A stretch of 64,000 nucleotides of DNA from Geopsychrobacteraceae bacterium (GTDB lineage: Bacteria > Desulfobacterota > Desulfuromonadia > Desulfuromonadales > Geopsychrobacteraceae). The notes beneath the pieces were generated by a model. The model was not told where the DNA came from. It saw nothing but the letters and a program-made list of their open reading frames with translations, and made no database searches. Every line of letters starts with the position of its first letter. The first letter of the stretch is position 1. Location: assembly GCA_963662315.1 (NCBI GenBank), contig OY759353.1, positions 736,001-800,000 on the forward strand, read 5' to 3'. A program made the translations under genes and the position numbers. Positions 33,485 through 40,542 of this stretch are shown here, in pieces.

Positions 33485-33512
33485 AGTTTACATAATATAT
33501 ATTATGCGACGT
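33485..33512 (-). other. dif: dif site (XerC/XerD chromosome dimer resolution site)
   Basis: Minus strand reads ACGTCGCATAA-TATATA-TTATGTAAACT, an 11-6-11 layout like E. coli dif GGTGCGCATAA-TGTATA-TTATGTTAAAT; intergenic and at the gene-orientation switch. Confidence 0.9.
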
Positions 33513-33545
33513 TAAATATACGTCAATCCTTGGTGGGGTCTCTCG

Positions 33546-33956
33546 ATGACCTCGCCACTCTCCAACCACCAACTTAACCCTAAAGTTACCCCTCTCGCTG
33601 ATGATCTGGTTGAAGTCTCCCTGACACTTCCGGATGATCTCGTTCATGACTTCCTCTTAGTCTTAGACTCACTGACCAATCTCGCCACCATTGTTCGAGC
33701 CAAGACCCGTTTAGCCAGGTACAAAGATAAAGCCGACGATATCCTTCAGGCCGAACGCTTCAAAGAGCGTGATGCTTTCTATGCTCGTGTCGTTAACCTG
33801 TACGACTGTCACATGGCTCGTGGCCTTAAACGTGATGCTGCTATCAAGCTGATCTCTAAGGAGCTACGCAAAGAAAAACATCCTTGGGCCTCGATCGAGT
33901 TGGTCAGGTCTTCTCTTGTTGCTGGTGGCCGGCCTCGTCAACGGAGGAACTCATGA
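33546..33956 (+). CDS. Element protein of unknown function (ORF136, copy 1)
   Basis: ATGA overlap with rep; differences from copy 2 are mostly synonymous. Confidence 0.8.
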   Translation: MTSPLSNHQLNPKVTPLADDLVEVSLTLPDDLVHDFLLVLDSLTNLATIVRAKTRLARYKDKADDILQAERFKERDAFYARVVNLYDCHMARGLKRDAAIKLISKELRKEKHPWASIELVRSSLVAGGRPRQRRNS

Positions 33957-34969
33957 ACTCCTCCGCTCCGATCCTTGCGGGGGCGTCCTGTAACACGCCC
34001 CCGCTAAATACAGAACCAACCCTTGATATTGCTACTATTCCTGAACAAAATCGAATAGTTATAGATTGGCTTGAAGTGACACTTCCTGACGAGTTTCGAT
34101 TGCAAAATAAATATCATTCCTTGAAGCATTATATCCGTATCTCTGGGGCTAAATTCAGTACTGCTCCCCGTGGCATGAATGGTTATTTGACCCGCATCAT
34201 TTACGGCAAAGCAGAGATTCTCATGGATGGCTCCGAAGGTATGGGCGTACACGTTATTCTTTCCGGTCAAGCCCTCCGGCAAATGGAGAATAGCCCTCTG
34301 GATTTTCTGCATTGGTGCCTCCACCATGATGGGAAGGTTTCCCGGATCGACCTTGCGTTGGATGATGTATCAGGCGAATTGACCCTCAATCGCGTTAAGC
34401 GTGCTGTTCGTGCTGGTGCTGCTTCCTGCAAGGCTAAACAGTATCGTCACATGGAAAGCGGTAAAGTCTCGACCGGTGAAGTCACTGGGGAAACTTTTTA
34501 TTTTGGATCAGCAAAGAGCGATACTCAGTATCGTATTTATGATAAGGCTGCAGAGCAAGGTCTAGATGGGCATTGGGTCCGCTGTGAAGGTCAATATCGG
34601 CATGAAAACGCTCATCGTGTCGCCCAGTTGGTCCATGCTGCAAAATTCGATATCGGCCCTATTTTCTGCGGTCTTCTCCGAGGCTATCTCAACTTCTTAA
34701 AGCCTTCGAAGACTGATAGCAATAAAAGCCGCTGGAAGGTCGCTTCTTGGTGGCTCGATCTTCTGCAAAGTGCTGAAAAGATAAAACTTTCCGTTCCAAA
34801 ACAGAAACCTACGATGGAACAGAAACTTAAATCGTTCACTAAACAAATGGCTCCAACTCTGGCAATGCTCGCAAGCTATTATCCTTCTCAAGTGATGAAA
34901 GATATGATGATGAATGGTAGATCCAGGTTAACTCAGGAGCAGCTAGAAATGTGTACGATTCCATTCTAA
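33953..34969 (+). CDS. Rolling-circle replication initiator, Rep_trans family
   Basis: IDWLEVT, LSGQ, SRIDLALD, TFYFGS, RIYDK (catalytic Tyr), WVRCE; RBS ggagga before ATG 33953. Confidence 0.9.
   Translation: MNSSAPILAGASCNTPPLNTEPTLDIATIPEQNRIVIDWLEVTLPDEFRLQNKYHSLKHYIRISGAKFSTAPRGMNGYLTRIIYGKAEILMDGSEGMGVHVILSGQALRQMENSPLDFLHWCLHHDGKVSRIDLALDDVSGELTLNRVKRAVRAGAASCKAKQYRHMESGKVSTGEVTGETFYFGSAKSDTQYRIYDKAAEQGLDGHWVRCEGQYRHENAHRVAQLVHAAKFDIGPIFCGLLRGYLNFLKPSKTDSNKSRWKVASWWLDLLQSAEKIKLSVPKQKPTMEQKLKSFTKQMAPTLAMLASYYPSQVMKDMMMNGRSRLTQEQLEMCTIPF
33977..34004 (+). other. Putative Rep nick-site hairpin 1
   Basis: GCGGGGGCGT-CCTGTAAC-ACGCCCCCGC inside the 5' end of rep. Confidence 0.55.
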
Positions 34970-35082
34970 CAATTTGCCGTTTATAGGGGAACGGCACTCG
35001 CGCAAGGGTTTCTTAACACTGCACTCCCCTACTCTTTCTCATACTGTCAGTTCTTGTAGTTCCAGCTGCTAGAACGATGCAT

Positions 35083-35112
35083 ACCGGTAGACTCTCTACT
35101 ACCGGTTTTTTT
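35083..35112 (+). terminator. Intrinsic terminator after rep
   Basis: ACCGGTAG-actctcta-CTACCGGT followed by a T-run. Confidence 0.65.
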
Positions 35113-35114
35113 AT

Positions 35115-35344
35115 GGTGCGGAACAATGCCGGTTGCGGTTGCGGGTTAACCCCGCACCGCACCGGCTTTAACCGCACCGCTCACCAATCCCGCTAGTTAT
35201 TTGCTGCTCCGCTACGCCATGCAAAACCATTTGTTTCTCTAAGAGAGACAGGCGCGCAACAGTTTGTAGCTACCTTCGTTTAGGTCAGGCGGCCCGCAAG
35301 GCCGAGCGACTGGGGACCCGCACGGGGTTACGTCCCCGTGTGGG
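35115..35344 (+). other. Cluster of GC-rich hairpins, putative single-strand origin
   Basis: Stems at 35115-35178, 35290-35304 and 35317-35344 in non-coding DNA downstream of rep. Confidence 0.45.
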
Positions 35345-35375
35345 GATTGGAAGCGATCCTGAACGACGGTAATAA

Positions 35376-35398
35376 GCCCCGATCTGTAACACTGGGGC
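35376..35398 (+). other. Putative Rep nick-site hairpin 2 (double-strand origin)
   Basis: GCCCC-GATCTGTAACACT-GGGGC; shares CTGTAACAC with hairpin 1. Confidence 0.55.
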
Positions 35399-35418
35399 GC
35401 TTATCTCAATTTTTTACT

Positions 35419-35452
35419 TTGACAATGGTGCTAGAAAAGTAGTACTACTTTT
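35419..35452 (+). promoter_or_regulatory. Promoter (-35 TTGACA) and palindromic operator of the RHH gene
   Basis: TTGACA at 35419-35424; perfect palindrome AAAAGTAGTACTACTTTT at 35435-35452 over the -10 region. Confidence 0.6.
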
Positions 35453-35476
35453 ATATTCCAACATGGAGGAAATATT

Positions 35477-35740
35477 ATGGCTCATGCTGACAGGAAGCAA
35501 TTTTCTATTTATTTAACTGATGAGCAAAACGAAAAGATTACTAAGTATGCTAAAAAGCTTGATATCTCAAAGCAAAGAATGATGTCAAATCTCCTTGATA
35601 TCGGTCTGGAAGATGTAGCAGTTCTTGATAAGATGGGCGTTTTGTTTTTAGGCGCAAGGGTTCGTGATCTAGTTCATAAGATCAAAAATGTTGACCCTGA
35701 TAAATTGGAGTCTTATTACGACGAATCGGAAGAGAGTTGA
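35477..35740 (+). CDS. Ribbon-helix-helix (CopG-like) DNA-binding protein
   Basis: RKQFSIYLTDEQNEKITKYAKKLDISKQRMMSNLL strand-helix-helix pattern; RBS ggagga. Confidence 0.8.
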   Translation: MAHADRKQFSIYLTDEQNEKITKYAKKLDISKQRMMSNLLDIGLEDVAVLDKMGVLFLGARVRDLVHKIKNVDPDKLESYYDESEES

Positions 35741-35782
35741 CGTGTAGGTCAGTTTAATACTAGGATCTCAACCAATAAATGG

Positions 35783-35946
35783 TACAAGGACAGGTAACGC
35801 CAATTACCATATCTTGTATATGACAATTTGAACAGGAAAGCCCCTCAGAGCGCCAACTCCGAGAGGCTTAAACAAGGTGAAGCAGCAGAGCGCCAACTCT
35901 TTAGCTTCGTCGAATACCACCATCCTTCGGGGGATCAGGGGATTCT
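35783..35946 (-). ncRNA. Putative antisense/regulatory RNA with three UUGGCG-loop hairpins
   Basis: Hairpins at 35879-35908, 35838-35869 and 35783-35818 share an identical loop; G-U pairs form only on the minus strand; lies downstream of a near-consensus promoter. Confidence 0.6.
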
Positions 35947-35952
35947 TTTGTG

Positions 35953-35981
35953 ATCATATTTGTAATATGGGGATGTGTCAA
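35953..35981 (-). promoter_or_regulatory. Sigma70-type promoter
   Basis: Minus strand TTGACA-17 nt-TATGAT. Confidence 0.75.
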
Positions 35982-36022
35982 CCTCTCTCCTTCTTTGACG
36001 AATTATCAAAGAAAAACGAGAC

Positions 36023-36050
36023 ATTCAAAAACCTATATATTATGCGACGT
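36023..36050 (-). other. Hybrid att site: XerC arm and overlap intact, XerD arm degenerate
   Basis: ACGTCGCATAA-TATATA-GGTTTTTGAAT. Confidence 0.75.
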
Positions 36051-36083
36051 TAAATATACGTCAATCCGTGGTGGGGTCTCTCG

Positions 36084-36494
36084 ATGACCTCGCCATTCTC
36101 CAACCACCAACTTAACCCTAAAGTCACCCCTCTTGCTGATGATCTGGTTGAAGTCTCCCTGACGCTGCCGGATGATCTCGTCCATGACTTCCTCTTAGTC
36201 TTAGACTCACTGACAAACCTAGCCACCATTGTCCGAGCCAAGACCCGTTTAGCCAGGTACAAAGATAAGGCCGACGATATCCTTCAGGCCGAACGCTTCA
36301 AAGAGCGTGATGCTTTTTTCTATGCTCGTGTCGTTAACCTGTACGACTGTCACATGGCTCGTGGCCTTAAACGTGATGCAGCTATTAAGCTGATCTCTCA
36401 GGAGCTACGCAAAGAGAAACATCCTTGGGCCTCGATCGAGTTGGTCAGGTCTTCTCTTGTTGCTGGTGGCCGGCCTCGTCAACGGAAGACTTAA
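36084..36494 (+). CDS. Element protein of unknown function (ORF136, copy 2)
   Basis: Differs from copy 1 by L5F, K to Q, one inserted Phe and the last few residues. Confidence 0.75.
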   Translation: MTSPFSNHQLNPKVTPLADDLVEVSLTLPDDLVHDFLLVLDSLTNLATIVRAKTRLARYKDKADDILQAERFKERDAFFYARVVNLYDCHMARGLKRDAAIKLISQELRKEKHPWASIELVRSSLVAGGRPRQRKT

Positions 36495-36649
36495 AGCATT
36501 ACATAAAAGAATTGTTCACCAAGCAAGTCGCCCCGTCCATGGCCTTTCTCTTTAAATATTACGGCCCTGAAACTATGGCCGAAATCATGACAAACGGCAT
36601 GTCTCGTTTAACTCAGGAACAACGGGAACTCTGTTCGATTCCGTTTTAG
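36488..36649 (+). pseudogene. C-terminal fragment of a divergent Rep_trans gene
   Basis: FTKQVAPSMAFLFKYYGPETMAEIMTNGMSRLTQEQRELCSIPF aligns with FTKQMAPTLAMLASYYPSQVMKDMMMNGRSRLTQEQLEMCTIPF. Confidence 0.8.
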
Positions 36650-36654
36650 AAAGG

Positions 36655-36858
36655 TTAATGATTTTCTGCAACCCAAGATTTTTCTATGCGATCAAAAACA
36701 TAATTCTTAACAATATTGCTACCGATAGGACCACCGATGCCTTCAATGCGCAGATCTCCTCCGGCATATTTAGATGACACAGCTTTGGCTTGTTCAAGAC
36801 TATTTGTAGATTCAACTAGTTTGCCATTGACGTAAAGGTTGTAAATGTAATCGGACAT
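36655..36858 (-). CDS. Small hypothetical protein (67 aa), possible element cargo
   Basis: AAGGAG RBS before ATG 36858; protein-like composition. Confidence 0.55.
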   Translation of the reverse strand: MSDYIYNLYVNGKLVESTNSLEQAKAVSSKYAGGDLRIEGIGGPIGSNIVKNYVFDRIEKSWVAENH

Positions 36859-37069
36859 TTCAACTCCTTGAGGCTGATAGCTATTCACGATGCTGATACG
36901 CTTAATAATTTATCAGAACATTTAGACATGGCAATCCTTCTGTTTTTTTCTGGATGACTGCAAATAAGCTTTCTGAAAACATCTTAATGATTGGGCTTCC
37001 CGCTTTCCAAGCAAAAGCTCTAGCCTGGGATTACAGGCTAGAAAAAATGGATAAATACATGGTGACAAT

Positions 37070-37103
37070 AAAAAAGCCGACTTGTTGTTCAAGTCGGCTT
37101 TTT
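37070..37103 (-). terminator. Terminator after tRNA-Pro (bidirectional)
   Basis: AAAAAAGCCGACTTG-ttgtt-CAAGTCGGCTTTTT. Confidence 0.8.
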
Positions 37104-37106
37104 ACA

Positions 37107-37183
37107 TGGTCGGGATGATAGGATTTGAACCTACGGCCCCTTGACCCCCAGTCAAGTGCGCTACCAGACTGCGCCACATCCCG
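37107..37183 (-). tRNA. tRNA-Pro(GGG)
   Basis: CGGGATGTGGCGCAGTCTGGTAGCGCACTTGACTGGGGGTCAAG...GGTTCAAATCC...CCCGACCA; TTGACA-17-AATAAT promoter upstream. Confidence 0.97.
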
Positions 37184-37252
37184 TTAAACTTAACAGCGCC
37201 GCGAATTATTAATTATTCAATGTCGCTTGTCAAGGACAATTACCGTGTTTTG

Positions 37253-38149
37253 TTATTGGTTGGAATGTTTTAAGTCCGCGATAATTCCTTCGAGTAATCC
37301 TGAGTCGGAAACCCGAATGTGTTCCTGATTGAATTTATTGGCTAATGCTAGCAATATTTGCATGCCTGGAATAATAAGGTCTCCCCTGCCCGCTTCCATT
37401 CCTAGGAGTTGTTCCCTCTCTGTGATAGAAAGAGGCTGCATATAAGAGTGTATTTCGCTTAGCCAGCCGGTTGATATGGCGGAATTATTAATAAGGTCTA
37501 CATCGTACTCAGTAAGTCCAAGTTGCATGGCAGAGAGCGTTGTCACTGTACCTGCCGTACCGATTAATTCGTAGCGCATATGACCTAGTCCTGCGTTGGT
37601 AAGCCGCTCGACGAAGTCGTTCATTGTCATTTCAATAAAATTTATACAAGCTTCTGCACTGTCATACTCCTCACAAAGTCTAACCACTCCTAAAGGATAA
37701 CTATGTTGAAGTTTTGTCTGCTTATTTTGGATACAGATCAATTCCGTGCTTCCGCCGCCAATATCAATGATAATAGCCGTTTGCGGCATGGGATCCATTA
37801 CGGACAAGACGCCGCTGGTGGTCAGCATTGCTTCGGTGTCACCGGAAATAACGTCGAGTCTGATTCCTGTCTGGTCATGTACTGAGTCAAGGAACTGTTG
37901 GCTATTTTTTGCCCTTCTGACCGCTTCGGTTGCCACCGCACGATAACAAGTAACCTTGGCCTCAGCCATTATTTGGCTGAAGTCTTTCAACGCCGCCAGG
38001 GTTCTGTCCATACTGGCATGATTAAGGCAGCCATTGGAAAATTGCCCAGAAAGACGCGTTACCTGGCGATGATAGAGCTGGGTTCTGTGTTGTTCGTCTG
38101 CGATTAGAAGTCTGACAGTATTGCTACCGACATCAATAGCTCCTAACAT
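37253..38149 (-). CDS. Ppx/GppA family exopolyphosphatase
   Basis: AIDVGSNTVRL, VATEAVR, IDIGGGSTE, GLLEG. Confidence 0.92.
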   Translation of the reverse strand: MLGAIDVGSNTVRLLIADEQHRTQLYHRQVTRLSGQFSNGCLNHASMDRTLAALKDFSQIMAEAKVTCYRAVATEAVRRAKNSQQFLDSVHDQTGIRLDVISGDTEAMLTTSGVLSVMDPMPQTAIIIDIGGGSTELICIQNKQTKLQHSYPLGVVRLCEEYDSAEACINFIEMTMNDFVERLTNAGLGHMRYELIGTAGTVTTLSAMQLGLTEYDVDLINNSAISTGWLSEIHSYMQPLSITEREQLLGMEAGRGDLIIPGMQILLALANKFNQEHIRVSDSGLLEGIIADLKHSNQ

Positions 38150-39838
38150 TTACTTTTTTCCAATAACGGCTTCAGAAACGTTAAATGTGTGATCGCCTAT
38201 TTTTTCGAAGCTATGCAGCATGTCGATATATACAAGTCCGGGTTGTACCGCACATTCACCGGTGTTGAGGCGCGAGATATGGTTCATGCGTAAACGCTCT
38301 TCCAGATCATCGATAGCGTCTTCATACTCCATGGCACGCTTTTCGATGGTTTTGTCTTCTTTATCCATGGCTTCAATTGTGAATGATAGGAATTCTTTTG
38401 CCTTATTGGCAATCTCTGTCATTTCCGTTTCGCCGAGATCAGAGAAGTTGATTTTCTCCTCAATCTTCCTGCTGCCGAGCTGCCATAAATTTTCACAATG
38501 ATCGCCGATTCGCTCGAGGTCATTGACCATATTCATGAGCGAGCCAATAGTTTCAGAGGTTTCGGTAGAGATAGATTTTTGTGATAATTTAACCAGAAAG
38601 GCCATGATCTCTTTTTGTAGTATGTCAACAAGCTCTTCCTTTTTTTCTAAGCCACGAATGCGTTTATAATCCCCATCCTGAAGGAAAAGAATTGTCTCAT
38701 CGACCATTTCCTGAGCGATCTGAGCCATGCGACGGGTCTCTCGCCGTGCCTGGCCTATGGCAACAGGCGGAGTATTTAAGACCCGGTCGTCAATAAATTT
38801 AACCTGAAAAGTCTCTACATCCAGTTCCCCTCGGATCAACATTGTTGATAATTTGGCCAACAGACCGATAAAGGGTAGAAAAACCAGTGTATTGATAATA
38901 TTGAAGAGCGTATGTGTGTTGGCAATGTGGCGAGCGATGTAGGGTTTGTCTCCAATGGCTGCTGCAAATTGCTGAGCCTGCTCCTGGGTTTGAATTACAA
39001 AATCAGCATCACCTGGTGTGATTGAAGAGATAAATTTTAAAAACAGTGGAAACAGCATCAACATGTAAGCGACGCCAATAGCATTGAACAGAAAGTGGGA
39101 AAAAGCGGTACGCTTGGCAGCTACATTGGTGCCGATAGCTGCCAGGTTTGCAGTTATAGTGGTACCGATATTTTCACCAAGAATTAAGGCGACACTGGCT
39201 TCAAAAGAGATCAGTCCAGAACTCGCTAATGCCAGGGTAATGCCGATCGTTGCACTGCTGCTTTGGACTATAACCGTCAATAGGGCGCCAATTAAAACAC
39301 CAAGCAGTTTGTAATCACCTACAAGAAGAAATAGTTGGCGAAATTCTTCGCTGGTTTTCAGGGGATCAAAGGCTGTTTTCATGGTCGAGAGACCAAAAAA
39401 AAGTAGACCGAAACCGAGGATAATTTCACCTGTATAGCTGGATTTACGGTTACGACTAAAAAGCTTTAGCCCTGCACCGATTCCAATAGCTGGCAAGGCG
39501 AATTTAGTAATTTTAAATGCTATAAGTTGAGCGGTGATTGTTGTTCCGATATTGGCACCAAGTATGACGCCAATCGACTGTACCAGAGACAATAGTCCGG
39601 CGTTAACAAAGCCAACAACCATAACTGTTGTTGCACTTGATGATTGTATGATGGCAGTAACCGCTAAGCCAACCAGCGCGCCAATGATTCTATTGTTGGT
39701 CAGTACCGCCAGAATCTTTCGCATTTTGTCGCCAGCGATCTTTTGCAGTCCTTCGGACATGATTTTCATTCCGAAAAGGAACATTCCAAGACCGCCAAGC
39801 AGGCCAAATAACAGTTTCTGACTGAGCAATACCGACAT
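38150..39838 (-). CDS. Na+/Pi cotransporter with PhoU-like C-terminal domain
   Basis: Duplicated QSSSAT and GANIGTT/GENIGTT motifs; DLERIGDH. Confidence 0.93.
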   Translation of the reverse strand: MSVLLSQKLLFGLLGGLGMFLFGMKIMSEGLQKIAGDKMRKILAVLTNNRIIGALVGLAVTAIIQSSSATTVMVVGFVNAGLLSLVQSIGVILGANIGTTITAQLIAFKITKFALPAIGIGAGLKLFSRNRKSSYTGEIILGFGLLFFGLSTMKTAFDPLKTSEEFRQLFLLVGDYKLLGVLIGALLTVIVQSSSATIGITLALASSGLISFEASVALILGENIGTTITANLAAIGTNVAAKRTAFSHFLFNAIGVAYMLMLFPLFLKFISSITPGDADFVIQTQEQAQQFAAAIGDKPYIARHIANTHTLFNIINTLVFLPFIGLLAKLSTMLIRGELDVETFQVKFIDDRVLNTPPVAIGQARRETRRMAQIAQEMVDETILFLQDGDYKRIRGLEKKEELVDILQKEIMAFLVKLSQKSISTETSETIGSLMNMVNDLERIGDHCENLWQLGSRKIEEKINFSDLGETEMTEIANKAKEFLSFTIEAMDKEDKTIEKRAMEYEDAIDDLEERLRMNHISRLNTGECAVQPGLVYIDMLHSFEKIGDHTFNVSEAVIGKK

Positions 39839-39957
39839 GAGCTCTCTCCGTTTAATTAATGAAAAACAAATGTTTGACTAACCGAATTCTAATAGAACAT
39901 CAGATATAATGGTAAATTTTGCGCGAATACTATAATGCATAGGCATAATTCTCAACC

Positions 39958-39991
39958 AAAAAAGGCCAGTGTTAATACACTGGCCTTTTTT
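39958..39991. terminator. Bidirectional intrinsic terminator
   Basis: AAAAAAGGCCAGTGT-taat-ACACTGGCCTTTTTT. Confidence 0.8.
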
Positions 39992-40045
39992 AATAGTGTT
40001 CCGCGTTGGAATAAGTATACTCTTGGGAGACTTATTTATGTCATT

Positions 40046-40516
40046 TTAGCGATTTAACGTTGCCAGAAGCATGGTTCTGTAGTCCTTCTTTGCCGTGCGC
40101 ATCTTACCGATAAAAATTTTCATTATATTCATGGCAATCTGCAGGCCGAGTCTGGGTTTTTCACTGGCAAGAGAATTAAAGGTTTTTCGTTCCAGGCCAT
40201 AAAGAATAGCATTCTCTGCGATTCTGGCCGTGCTCGCTCGCGGCCCCTCATCAATGATGGCCAATTCACCGAAAATATCTCCTGCACCAAGAACAACCAT
40301 TATCTGCTCATCCGTTTCGGCGAGCATCTGAGAAATTTGAACTGTTCCGGATTTAATCAGGTAAAGTGCTTCTCCTGACATGTTTTCAATGAATACCGTT
40401 TTGCCTTCAGCAATTTTTCTGATTGAAAAGACCGAATTAAGATATTCGATTTCCTTGGTAGCCAACCCTTTAAATAAAGGGCTATCGGACAGGTCTGTTA
40501 AGTCAATATCACTCAA
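40046..40516 (-). CDS. Cyclic nucleotide-binding domain protein
   Basis: LYLIKSGTV, GDIFGELAIIDEGPRAST. Confidence 0.88.
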   Translation of the reverse strand: MSDIDLTDLSDSPLFKGLATKEIEYLNSVFSIRKIAEGKTVFIENMSGEALYLIKSGTVQISQMLAETDEQIMVVLGAGDIFGELAIIDEGPRASTARIAENAILYGLERKTFNSLASEKPRLGLQIAMNIMKIFIGKMRTAKKDYRTMLLATLNR

Positions 40517-40542
40517 TTAAATAAGCTCCGTGTCCCTAATCT

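Larger units (their letters stand above)
33496..36033 (+). mobile_element. Integrase-free rolling-circle element integrated at dif (IMEX-like, 2538 bp)
   Basis: Bounded by the direct repeat TATATATTATGCGACGT (33496-33512 and 36034-36050); contains Rep_trans, RHH and an unknown ORF; no integrase or virion genes. Confidence 0.8.
36034..36649 (+). mobile_element. Remnant of a second, related dif-integrated element (rep mostly deleted)
   Basis: 36034-36486 is nearly identical to 33496-33945, then joins a divergent rep 3' end; right boundary not found. Confidence 0.7.

Noticed and set aside
35083..35106. pT181-like double-strand origin (ACCGG...ACTCT...CCGGTT)
   Set aside because: It lacks the CTAAT nick context and is followed by a T-run downstream of rep, so a terminator is the simpler reading.
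35783..35908. CRISPR array or type III toxin-antitoxin repeat array
   Set aside because: Only the 6-nt loops (14 nt in two units) are identical, spacing is irregular (53 and 40 nt), and no cas or ToxN-like gene is adjacent.
35804..35923. 39-codon minus-strand ORF (MVVFDEAKELALCC...) as a type I toxin
   Set aside because: No properly spaced RBS and no clean TM helix; the hairpins explain the sequence better. Not fully excluded.
35907..36050. CTX-type folded single-strand attP (TCGTCGAATAC as an inverted XerC arm)
   Set aside because: Only 8 of 11 bases are complementary and no paired XerD arm can be formed; the TLC-like layout fits better.
33496..36486. Assembly artefact producing the ~450-bp duplication
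   Set aside because: The copies differ mostly at synonymous sites and continue into different rep alleles, which is not how an artefactual duplication looks.
36496..36523. Third dif-like site near the deletion junction (GCATTACATAA)
   Set aside because: It resembles the XerD arm only; there is no XerC arm or matching overlap, so it is probably chance in AT-rich DNA.
33496..36649. Complete filamentous prophage
   Set aside because: No small hydrophobic coat genes, no pIII-like gene and no Zot/pI ATPase.
37107..37183. Element integrated at the tRNA-Pro 3' end
   Set aside because: No duplicate of the tRNA 3' end near 33.4-33.5 kb, no integrase gene, and the tRNA terminator is intact; the junction repeats match dif instead.
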